From positions 6,300,939 through 6,364,938 of the forward strand of contig MU058423.1 in NCBI GenBank assembly GCA_013265495.1: a DNA stretch of 64,000 nucleotides, read 5' to 3'. Shown one piece after another: positions 28,089 through 39,100 of the stretch. A program made the position numbers and the translations under genes. How positions within the stretch are numbered: position 1 is the stretch's first letter; the number at the start of each line of letters is the position of its first letter. This DNA is from Vicugna vicugna. Taxonomy: Eukaryota. The notes under the pieces were generated by a model that made no database searches, was not told where the DNA came from, and saw only the letters and a list, made by a program, of their open reading frames with translations.

Positions 28089-28480
28089 GAATCTAAAAAA
28101 AGAAAGAAAAAAAAGAAAAAGAAAAAAGAGGACAGTAATGAATTCATTTACAAAAGAAACAGATTAGCAGACATAGTAAACAATCTGATGGTTACCAGGG
28201 AAAGGGGAGTGGGAAGGAATAAATTTGGGAGTTTGAGATTTGCAAATGTTACCCATTGTATATAAAAATAGATTAAAAATTTTTTCTTCTGTATAGAACA
28301 GGGAACTATATTCAGTATCTTGTAAAAATTTTAATGAAAATGAATATATGTGTGTGTATATATATATATATATATACACACACATACATGACTGGGACAT
28401 TATGCTGTACACCAGAAACTGACATATTGTAACTGACTATACTTCAATTTTAAAAAATAATAAATACAAAAAAATTTTTA
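28089..28480 (+). mobile_element. young 5'-truncated L1 3' end with TSD (cetartiodactyl/camelid-like)
   Basis: TSD aagagttatttctt (28075-28088) / aagagtaatttctt (28481-28494); TTT/AAGA target; 'acagggaactatattcagtatcttgta...tgctgtacaccagaaactgac...ctatacttcaatt' followed by an A-rich tail. Confidence 0.9.
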
Positions 28481-28577
28481 AAGAGTAATTTCTTAAGATA
28501 AATACAAGGACATACTGAAGGAATTCATATTCCTTTTTTTTTTTTACTATATAATGAGGAATCTGAATTTTCCTTTT

Positions 28578-28885
28578 TGATATATGACTGACTGCTGACA
28601 GCTTTTAAGCCTCACCTGTGTCCTATGTAACTGGACAAGCTGATAAGAAAGTCTAGAGGCTCCCTTCTTAGCTGTGGAGGCAGGTGGGTATTTAAACCAG
28701 GCAAGCCCCACCTTGTACTCAAACTCTCACTGAGCCACCCTCTGACTACAATAAAAACCCAGACCAGTTTCCTTTCCTTGCTTCCCTAAGCCGCATGTAT
28801 ATTGCCTCATCAGTCCCAACATCTGAACCAAACTTTGGGTCATGGGGTTCCTCTGCCTCTATGTGTGACCTGACGTGGTGTCACA
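28578..28885 (+). mobile_element. ERVL-class LTR (MER73/MER54/MER74-group-like)
   Basis: TG...CA ends; 'tgctgacagcttttaagcc', 'caagctgataagaaag'; AATAAA near 28750. Confidence 0.55.
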
Positions 28886-29079
28886 AGTAAAGTCGTATTT
28901 TTCTTGACAAAAATTCATGTCAGATATGCTCAGAATGAAGCAGTATGTACTGATTTGATAATGAATAAAAATGAGGACACTCCAGCTAGGGATTAGAAAT
29001 TTGGGAATTTGTGACTCTTATTACCCTGAATCATTAACAATGAATATACTTGCTGTTTGTTTTTGCAAGTCCAATAACA

Positions 29080-29340
29080 GCTAAGAATGCTGAAGCACTA
29101 CATGACAAATCCTGTGCTAAGAACAATCTCATTTAATCCAGGGATGACATTCCCATGTGCTGAATAGTGTTATTATTTTCATTTCCTGTTGAGAAACTGA
29201 ATGATAAACAGATTAAAGATTTGTCCAAATACACCTTGAGGAGAGATTATATAATTCACTCAAGTATACCAAGCGGGGTTAAAATCTGCCTTCCTGACTT
29301 CAAACTTCAAGCTTTTAAATCACTGCTTTATTGCTTCACC
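29080..29340 (-). mobile_element. MIR SINE
   Basis: 'tctcatttaatcc...ttattattttcattt...gagaaactga...agattaaagatttgtccaa'. Confidence 0.65.
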
Positions 29341-31357
29341 ATGATCAAGAAACAGTCAATTCACTAGAAAGCCAGCAATACAGAATTCCAGAAATATTTA
29401 TGATGCCAAATGTTCATGTAATAATCGATATATTTTCCATAAATATCAAAGGCAAAATGCACTCTTTTACTTATAATCGCACAATTGAAATACAGTCGAA
29501 AGCAAAACTTAATGAAACTAACATACATTAGTGCCTATCCTGTATTTTAAAAGTCATCAATGAATCACCAAATTGGGGATCACAGTGGTTATCCTGCAGG
29601 TCAAAGAAATAAAAATATTTTGTTGTAAGAAAGTCTACCAAACCTGGACCCACTTCATAATTGGAGTATTCTAATGCTTTGCCTTAGTGTGGCCAACCAT
29701 ACTAATTCTAGTTTCTAGATAATTAGCATTTCTTAAAACACTGTAACTTCCTGGACATTTTTGTTTGTTTGTTTTTTCTGTAAGAAAAAGAAGATAGTAT
29801 TTACCTAGGACCTACCATGAGGATTCACACTGATGCAAATACACTATCTTGTTGAATTCATAAGTTGAAAAATAGCATTAGGTTTTACCCACAGTAAGGA
29901 TGTCCTTTATATGTAATTCACGTTAACAATGGGTCTTTTGATGTCTTACTAATGTGGAATTTATTTTCACTTAATAATTTAAAATCACTTTGACATACAG
30001 GTAAGTTTTTCCAACAGTCTCCATCATTCCTTATAAATATATTCTAACTTTTACACTTTTAGATATTTTAGGTATATTTGAAACACCATTCAACACAATT
30101 TAAATTCATTTTTATAGTTACACCAATTGCATTTATGTAGATTCATAGTATAATTCAAATTATGCATGTCCTCTAATGAAAGGAAACCAGAAGCCAGAAT
30201 GATTGTAAGGTGAGGACTATGTCAAGGTCACTGTATTTATACCTGTTATGAATTGTTATATGATACTTTCTTTTTCTAGCACGTGTCATTTTGCTTTTAC
30301 GATTACTGAAAACCATGTTTTCTGTGGTATCACTTAGGCGCACAATAATCTCTGCCTTATATTTGCACAGTTTGTTCTCCTGATGTGCCTTTGCATAAAA
30401 AATACAATTTTTCAAATCAGGCAGAAATTAAATGCAGGCTTTAGAAATAACATCTGTGACTACACATTTAAAAAGCTTTATTATACATTTGAAAACATGC
30501 TTTCCTTTGGAAGTAAAAAAAGTTAACCTGGAGAAATCAGACATATTTGCAAGCATCTCTACATTATTTTAAACTAATCAAAAGTCTTGCTATTAAGTAA
30601 CAGAAAATTTATAAAAAGGGTGTAATCTGAAATATTTTCCAGCATGCTCTAATACTGACCTCCTTCCCCTCATTATTCCTGGAGGCTTTTATTTTCTTTT
30701 ATTTCATTTTATTTTGTTTAAGATTCTGACCTCTAAATATGATATAGGGTTCATGCAGCCATGATAAAGAAAGGAGCCTAAGCATTAAGCTGAACAGGAA
30801 CAAAAGAAAAAAAAAAAGAGAGAGAGAGAGATAAACAATCTCAATGGCATTCATCTAGAATTGTATCTCTCTGTCTTAGTCACACATATCATTTAAATTT
30901 CTCACTTCTATATACACATCAAATTAGGGAAGTAGATAATAGGTAGACAGATGGATAGAGAGACAGAAATAAAGCCTACATGGTTTCATTAGGTGTGCAT
31001 CATAAACAGAGTTCTAATTAGTGAAAAGTTTAAAAAATTAAGTTAACTACATAAATAAAGGTTTAGCACTTCTCCCATTGTGGAAGAAGTGGGCTTACAA
31101 ATATTGGAGAGCTATTTCCTATGTCCGTAGGAATTTAGATAATACTGTCTCTGCGTGAAGATTTGTCCTTGGGAAATATGTGATGTGGGCATATCCTTAA
31201 TTTAACTTTTCATAGTGGAAAACTAGGGAAATAATAAAACAATCCTGCGACTGACATAGATTAAAGGAGATCTAGACAGGCAACAGACTCAGGGTGCCTA
31301 AAGCTGTCTTAATGTGCAATGCAAGACCGGAGCCCTTGGATGCTCTGTAGAACTTAG

Positions 31358-31818
31358 TGTACTACAAAATTCATCAGCTGTCTTATCTTGGGCATATTTT
31401 ATGCTGGATATTTCCCACTGTTGGAGCAGGTCATTGAGAGGACATGACACTGGTTGACCCTCAAGCTGGACCTGGGCAACTGGAGGCTCCTCATCCCCTC
31501 CCCTGTCCTTGAAATGTAACTTCTGCCCACTGCTCTCACAGTGGGAGCCATTTTCAAGGACGCAGACTTGAAAGAACAGTGTATTGTTGAGACCATCTGG
31601 ATGGTATGTGTGATTGAACCCATTTAAGGCCTCTGTATAGTCTTTTAAATTCTGGAGCTTGGGTGCAGAGAGCTACACATCTTGTGACCACCTAAGACAA
31701 ACCTCATACGTAAGTTCCCTTGCTTCGTAAGCCTGCCACCTACCAATCTGGTGTGGTTTGCCTCTGTCTTTGGTCTCTTCTTCCCCTCTGTGTTTGGGGC
31801 CCAGTTTGTGAACTAACA
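31358..31818 (+). mobile_element. 5' LTR of the class III ERV
   Basis: Starts TGTACT, ends AACTAACA, followed by TGG at 31821 in the PBS position. Confidence 0.75.
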
Positions 31819-31837
31819 ATTGGAGGAGACCCCAGAA

Positions 31838-33150
31838 ATGGACCTTGGGAAAGAAGCAACCGCGGGGGAAATCCCATGTTGATTATCAACCCACATGCTA
31901 GATGCTTGTGGACCACACGTGCGTACAGGGATGTCCTCAAAACATCAGCTGGTCTAAAGTGCTTGTTTGACAAACTGGAACTGCACAATCACAAAGAAGG
32001 GAAGTGAACGGCTGAGCTGGGGGCTGGCCTTGACTGAGAGCAGGTGGTTGGTCACTGATGCCCAACTAGAGGTTGAAACTCGAGAAAAGCAGGCAGAAGA
32101 ACTGAGGTTAGAGAAGGACGTGCAGTTGTCCACTACCCTGCTAGCGTCGGGGCTGGCAGACCAGGTGGGAGAGCAGGAAAATAAGTTGGAGACCTTAGTG
32201 TGCCATCTGCAAAACTTGGAGGATATGATGGCCTGCTGCAGATTAAGGTCTGAGTGCTTGTGACAAAGCCCGACTGGGATGCTAAGAGGTGGAATCCTTG
32301 GGAAAGTGAGAAGAACCAAGAGGAGGATGTTGTGATTGACAGCTCAATGGACAAAACATCCTGTGCCATCAGACTCCTAATGCAACACAAACCCAAAACA
32401 ACCTCCACCAATGGGGCAGCCCCCAGTTCACATAATGTTCATGGTGAGAGACTATACTCCTGCTGAGCTTACTGCCAGGGCTGCCAAGACCCAGCAACAG
32501 GCCAGAGGAAGTATCCAGGCACGGTCCGTGCAGCTGTGGGATGCTGGGGGCAATGGAATTCCTATGACTGGGCAGGAGTCAGAGAGATGAGTAATATCAC
32601 TGTGCACCCTGCCCTCCAGAAGCACCTGCATGGCACTTAGAGGATTCCCTTAGGGGATTCCCTTCTGACTGGGCTATTCTAGCCTGCAGGAGCAACTGGC
32701 CCCATGAGGAGGCTCTCCCTGGGCATGTGGGACCCTGGATATCTTTAGAGTACTTGCAACAAAGTCTTAGGGAGTTGGGAAGGAGAAAAGTCATCTGAGG
32801 CCCTGTCTTTGAAGGCCCTAATTGGTCCACATTCACTGCTGGAATAAAAGCCACGATACTCCAGGACACTGCTATCCATGCTGAGCCCAGTCCTGGGACA
32901 AGGCATTTATAAAACTGGGTAATCCATTGCTGATCTGAGGGAAACTGTAAAATCCTGGGTACAGGTATGTAATGTGGGGAAGACCTGAGATAGAGAAGGA
33001 ACTCAAGAAGCCAAAAGTCTATCCCAACTGGCTGTAAAGTGTCCAGTAAAAGTAACCCAGAAGCAAGTGTGGCTTGACCTCATTGCTGCTGGTACCCCGG
33101 GACAGAAACACGACACGGTGCGGTCAGCCTGTGGAGCCTCAAAACCTGGA
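31838..33150 (+). pseudogene. disrupted ERV-L-type gag
   Basis: ATG at 31838; coiled-coil-like 'LASGLADQVGEQENKLETLVCHL'; 'KPDWDAKRWNPWES'; capsid-like 'RDYTPAEL...QLWDAGGNGI'; many stops and frameshifts. Confidence 0.7.
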
Positions 33151-33289
33151 TGACAGTGCAGACCTGCCCCAACCCTGCTATGCCTGCAGCCCGACTGACT
33201 CCGGCAGGGGCCGTAGGGACACAGTCCTATCTGGTGTAGGTGCCTCCCACACCCTGACTATAAGATGCAAGCCAAAATTACCCCCAGAA

Positions 33290-33570
33290 GTAAATAGAAG
33301 TATCTGGTTGATCCTGGAGCTGAATGTACCCTAATAACGGTAACCCTCAGAAGTTTCCTGACCCCTTCAGCTCCATCAGTGCTTACAGAGGGCAAACGGC
33401 GATGGTTAGGAAGGTCCCTTTGACACAGCAAATTGAGAGTTCTTTGCCATGAGAAGACCAGATTTTTATCTTTCCAATAGCATAGAACATAGTAGGCATT
33501 GCTACCCTACAAGTTCAAACTCTACAAACCTCTATTGGTGGGTTCCACCACTGGGTTGGTTAGAATAATT
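33290..33570 (+). pseudogene. disrupted retroviral aspartic protease
   Basis: LVDPGAECTLI at 33304, with the catalytic D-T/S-G motif reading D-P-G. Confidence 0.75.
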
Positions 33571-33599
33571 AAACAAGTGCTGAGGGGATACATCAACTG

Positions 33600-35390
33600 G
33601 GAACCAGTAAATCTATGATCCTTGCCAAGACTGCTAACTGTCAAACAATGTAGATTGACTAGGGCCATACGGGAACAGGAGAAAGTACACAAGAACACAC
33701 CAGGTGAGTATAAATCTCCTTGCCCGCAGTGCTTTCAGCAGCCAGTGTGGCAGTAAAGAGTGAGGTGACCTTGGACTACCAAGAACTGAACAGATAGTGT
33801 CCCCAGTACACGTGGCTGCACCAAAAATTATCACCATCTCAGATACCTTGGCCATGGCCCTAGGAGGATACCATGTTGTCCTGGACTTGGCACATGGTTT
33901 TTTACAGAATACGCCTGGCTGATGGATCACAAGATCGATTTACTTTCACGGGGCAACAGTTGACCTTTCAAGTACTTCCCCAAGGCTCCCCGAACAGCCC
34001 CACAGTATGTCATGTGATGGTGGCCTGAGACCTGTCCCTGTTCCCCGTCCCCACGTCAGAAAAATGGGCCCATTGCATTGATGAGATACGACCAACACGT
34101 GAAGACTTGCCTCAGCTTCAGGACACTCTGCAGACTTTGCTGGAATATTTGAGGGGGAGAAGACGGGCCATGAAACCACAGAAAATTCAAGGCACAGGGC
34201 TCCCATCGAGGTTTTGGGATGTGTTTGGTCAGGGAAGACATGTGTTATCCCAGACTATAAGGATGTAAGCCTGTGCAACCTCTAAGAACATAAAAAAAGT
34301 GCAAATATTTGTAGGGATTTTCAGATTTGGGGGTTGGGGGAACTTATATTCCTCACCTGCCACAGCACCTCCATTCCTTATACTGCCTGGTGAAGAAAGG
34401 GCATGCGTGTGACTGGGCATCAGAGCAGCAAGTGCCTTTGAGGAGACAACACTACCAGTGAAGCAGACTAAAGCTCTGGGCATCTCCCAAGCAGGACTGC
34501 CATCTGAGGTAGGTGTGTTTGTGACTCAGGAAGGTGTGCCTTGGGCTCTGTGGCAGAGATGACAGAAGAATAAAGTACCCTAAGGATTTTGCTCCCAGCT
34601 CTGGAAGGGGGCAGAAACCTGACGTACCCCCACAGAGCAGCAGCTCCTGGCAGCGCACACAGTGCTGCTCCAGGCAGAGCTTCCCACCAAGGGGCAGCAT
34701 ATCATGGCAAGAACTTCCCTTCCTATCAAGAGGTGGGTTGAGAAGACGTTCCACTGATCCACCTTAGCCATGGCTCCAGCTCCCACGCTAAGGGGCGTGC
34801 CTATTCAAAGCAGAGGAGCACCCCATCCACTAGCCCACTGACTCTAGAAATACAGGCACTCCTAGGCCTTGTTGAGTCTGTAAGTCTCCAAACGTCCCCA
34901 CCTCTACTCCTGTGGTGACCTCTGGGGCCTGGACTGAGGGAGTGGGGGAAATTACACTGATGCCTGGTATACACAAGGGCCGAGTTGGGAAAACCCATCT
35001 ATAAGGACTGCAGTAGCTGTTCAGCTCGACACTGACTCTGGTTTGTAACAGAACAAACTGTACCAACAGTGGGCTGAACTCAGAGCTGTTCGGCCCTGCT
35101 CGTTAGCCCTGTGCACTGACAAGTGGGGTGTTCTAAAGGGGCGAACCCTATGGCTTGGACAATGGGAAGCCAAGGGGTGGATGATCATGAGTAAGCTCTT
35201 GTGGGGCCAGGATATGTGGAAAGACACTTAGGTTCACCAGTAGGAGTCCAAAGTAGTCCTCATCTTGGCTTACAAGGTGCTGACACTCTCTGGCAACCAG
35301 GAAACTGATATCCTAGCTTGGGTATAAGCCCTAGCAACTGATCCTCCAGGAGGCACAGCAGACTGAGTACACAGGGACAGAGGCCAACAC
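33600..35390 (+). pseudogene. disrupted pol (RT, RNaseH, IN N-terminus)
   Basis: LDLAHGF at 33881 (DLANAFF), VLPQG at 33972, HCIDEI at 34071 (YIDD), DAWYTQG near 34960, QWAELRAV at 35067, CTDKWGVLKGRTLWLGQW, GNQETDILA near 35293. Confidence 0.85.
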
Positions 35391-36240
35391 ATCCCATGAT
35401 AATTGGTCCATGCCCACACTTTTCCACTGTGAAATGAGTCCTCTTGTCAGATGCTAGGTTGTGTGGGTCAGGGAATCTGTAAGCCCCAGGATAGTGGTGC
35501 TGGCTGGGACTCTGTGGGTGAAAAAGAAAAACCCATATCTGGAATCTGTCTCTAGCCTTGAGAGGACAAACTGCTAGTCCTCCAGGAAAAAGGAATCCCA
35601 ACGTGGCCAACTTGCCACCATGTAGCAGGTTGGTCTCCTGAAGGATAGGACCTCGGGGGCTCAAAACTGGCTGCCAGGTTGTGTATTTGGTAGCAGTAGT
35701 AACTACATTAGCCTTGGTAAGAATAAATCCAGGCTGTCAGTACCCTAAGTGGCCTTTTTTTCCACCACTGTGATTCCTCCATGCATGGACATGCCCTACC
35801 ATTTCTGGGGTCACCTTGTTCAGTGGCCCTTCCAGGATGGATGCTTCATGGAAGTATCAGCATTTGATACAAAAATCTCTACCTCTGTGTCCACTCCCAT
35901 ATGCCCACACACGTGCACACCCAGATGTTCTCATCTCTGGGCTTCTAGTCCTATTCACAGTGCCCTGATCAGCCCGCCAGGCCACTGGTCATTGCCTAGG
36001 ACAATGCATATATTCTCACAATGGTCCAATGTTCCTTCCATACAAAGCAGGCATCCACATGCCCTGCTTGCAGTGGTACCCATTACCATTTTCTCACTCC
36101 ACTCTCTTTCACTGACTGTATCTCTAAAGTAGCCATTTTCCGCTTTTGGCTGAAAGTCACGTTTCAGGTTGACCTTTCCATATACCAAGCTCGGGCTTTT
36201 TCCTCCTCTTCCAGCTAACTATGCCAGATCCTGAATGTTG
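35391..36240 (-). mobile_element. older ERV-L internal remnant (RNaseH and integrase core), inverted relative to its neighbour
   Basis: Minus strand 'LEEEEKARAWY', 'WQVGHVG' (WQVDYIG), 'HNLASDKRTHFT' (IASDQGTHFT; ORF 35260-35664), 'HGMCW' (HGIHW). Confidence 0.8.
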
Positions 36241-36539
36241 TCATAAAATTGTATAAGGATTTTATTTACGCTGCCCTTAATGTATTGATACCATTCTATC
36301 TTTCATGGTTTGTTTTGTGTCTATCTTATCTTTTCTAAATATGATGAATAATTTTGGGAAATACTAGGTAGTGATAAATTTTGGATTAAAACTTATACAA
36401 AAATCTCAGCTCCACCCCTTTCTTAGCGTTTCAGTTTGAATCACTTACTTTACTATAAAAAATGCCCTGTAATAAGCAGCCTCTAAAACGGCCCCTAACT
36501 GTTGCACCTGCTACTGTCGACACTGTCGTGAAACGCCCG

Positions 36540-36972
36540 TTGGAGATAGCAGCTTGCTTCAGAGGCACAGAATATGAAAAAAGTGATGGAACTGGTTTAC
36601 AAATTGACTGGGGCTTCCATCTCACGTGTCCTCTTTTACTCTCTTCCTCACTCACTCTGAGGGAGGCCAGGTGCTCCACTGTGCTCTGCCCCGGGGCAGG
36701 GAGCTGATGTCTCTGGCCAACAGCCAGCAAAGTCCTGAGACCTGCCGCCACCATGTGAGTGATTCTGGAAGCCAGTTCTCCCCTAGTAGAGCCTTGTGAG
36801 GACTGCAGCCCTGGTCAGCACCTCCACTGCAGCTCTGTGAGATCCCCACTCAGAGGCACGTAGTTGAACTGGGCCCAGATCCCTGCCCTATAGAAACCAT
36901 GACATTATGACTATTGTTTCAAGCTGCTAAATTTTAGAGTCATTCATTAAGCGGCAGCAGATAACAAATACA
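36540..36972 (+). mobile_element. MLT1 (MLT1F-like) MaLR LTR
   Basis: 'ctctggccaacagccagc', 'gactgcagccctgg'; 3' end 'tttcaagctgctaaattttagag...gataacaaataca'. Confidence 0.8.
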
Positions 36973-37479
36973 ATATCTATCAAATAAATTATTGAAATGA
37001 TTAAATGAATAAATTATATAGTGTATTATACATCTCTTTGTTTTTATTAACACAGATTTCTTTAACTCCAGGTGTTATACCCAGCATAAAAGTTACTTTG
37101 CTTGCATAACTTATCATCTCTAAAAAGACTAGATAGAAAGTATTGTAACATATAGATGTTACTTTACTATTTGTTATTGTAATATATATATTCTCAAATA
37201 TAATGTATTAATTAGGTACAAACATTTAATATGCACTAAAATCCTTTCTAAAGTTCTTTTGAGATTCATATAACCAGTACCCAGACTTCAAATAAAAGCA
37301 CTTCTATTAGGATCTCTGTCAAACTGTTAAAAACAAGCCCAAGAAAATCATATATTACATGTGTGCGATAATGTGTCTTTAGAGATGTTTCCAAAAACAT
37401 GCACATAGCCATTAAGGAGGAATTAGAAGAAACAGTCATTAGTTTAAAAGTTCTTTTCTTTTCTTTTTTTAACCACTCC

Positions 37480-37650
37480 TTGCTATGACCTTGGTTAAGT
37501 TAAATTCTCTCTTACCTCAGTTTTCTCATCTGTAAAATGGGAATAATAATTGTAACATCTTGTTGTGAGAATTAAATGAGCAGATACATGTGAACTTTTT
37601 GGAACAGTACTAGCTGAGTAGAAATGGAGGCAGTACACATTAGCTGCTAT
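37480..37650 (+). mobile_element. MIR SINE
   Basis: core 'cctcagttttctcatctgtaaaatgggaataataat...ttgttgtgagaattaaatgag'. Confidence 0.85.
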
Positions 37651-38939
37651 AGTTGTCTGTTATTATACTTATTATTGTTAGCGATAGGAAAGAAATAGGA
37701 AACATTTGCTAATGTGTTTAAATATAAACACTGTTCCAAACAGACCACATGTGCCAAAAATAAGCAATTATATGTCAACTGAACTGAGCATCTGCTGATT
37801 TTGTTTAGCTTGCTAAATGATTGGTTTGTTATTTCTTTCTGATTATGAAATAAATACACTGTATTGTGGAAAAAATTAGATGGAGAGAAAATACAAAAAA
37901 GAAAATTTATGGTATGTTTTAGCATTTTCTCCCAAATTTGTTAAAATCTTCAATATATTTTAACATTGTTATTGATTTTCCTTATAATCTTATTATATTT
38001 ATATATTACATACCATACATTTATGATGAAGCAAACTCAGTTTTATCAAAGGTTAGTTGTATTTTCAGACTATGTTACTAATAAAGAAACCTCTTATTGT
38101 ATGTATTGTATGAAACACAGGAATTGAGGACTAGATTGTGAACAATCCTCCTAATTTATGGCATCCACCTCACAAATTTTATATGGAATTTAAATATAGA
38201 AAAATTAAATCATTAATTTTTATGTGAATATAAAAGCCTTCCTTGAAAACTTTGTGTCTTTAAGGAAAGAATTACTATGGTTTCCAATGTTTACAAATCA
38301 GTGTTTAAAGTATGTTGACTATGTACTCACTTGCCATGGATTATTCTCCAAGTGCTAGTGAGAGACATTGGAATTGTTTGATTCTAATTAAATAACATCC
38401 AAATAAGAATTCTTTACATAAACACAAATGCCAGATGTTTGAAGAGGCTGATAATCCCTCAAAAAACAAACAGTAAGATATGAAAAGTCATTAAAGTTAT
38501 TTTCTTGGGAGTGATTTTAGATTTTCTCTTTTTCTGTTACCTCGATAACTGTTTTTGAATAAACATTTGTTATTCAAAGTAGACATTAAGGCTCAAATTT
38601 ACTTTGCAAAATATGCCTTTCATAGGGGTGTAAATAGCTGAGAAGATCACTGATGACTTCCAAGTAAAACTGAATTTCCTGCTATTTCTTTTGGCCATTG
38701 GGCTCTGCTGTGCTCTGTATGCTACCAACCACCAAAATAAGCAAGCGGTCCAGTGTCCACCTAATTGAACAGCATTGGATTGGTATTGCTCTTAAATATA
38801 TTATATAGAACCCTGAAGACTAGAAGAAAGGGAAACGTAAGTGGGAATTTTCAAATATTTAAAAAAATACATTCATGTGGTGCACAGTAAGACTATCTGC
38901 AGCGGTTTCTCTGTACCCTTACAAAGGGACTTTGGGCTC

Positions 38940-39100
38940 CTTCCACCACTAGATGATGGTGGTTTGGACCAGGGTGGAATCAGCAGAACTAGCGGAAATG
39001 GTCAGTGATGCTCTCAACGTAGAGTCAGCAGAATCTCCTGTCATATCAGATGTGAGTTCAGAGAAAGACAATGAAAAATGACTCCAAGACCATAAAGTCA
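38940..39100 (-). mobile_element. L2 fragment
   Basis: 'agatgatggtggtttggaccagggtgg...gtagagtcagcaga...atgactccaag'. Confidence 0.6.

Larger units (their letters stand above)
31358..35390 (+). mobile_element. class III (ERV-L/HERV-S-like) endogenous retrovirus, 3'-truncated: 5'LTR-PBS-gag-pro-RT-RNaseH-start of IN
   Basis: LTR TG..CA at 31358-31818 followed by atTGG; retroviral motifs in canonical order (see sub-features); no 3' LTR found. Confidence 0.9.

Noticed and set aside
29895..30006. Perfect donor CAG|GTAAGT at 30001 with an upstream acceptor
   Set aside because: All three frames contain stops, the sequence is very AT-rich and there is no other support; isolated donors are expected by chance.
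31838..33150. Domesticated gag gene (Fv1-like or similar)
   Set aside because: Multiple stops and frameshifts; the longest plus-strand open piece is about 98 aa.
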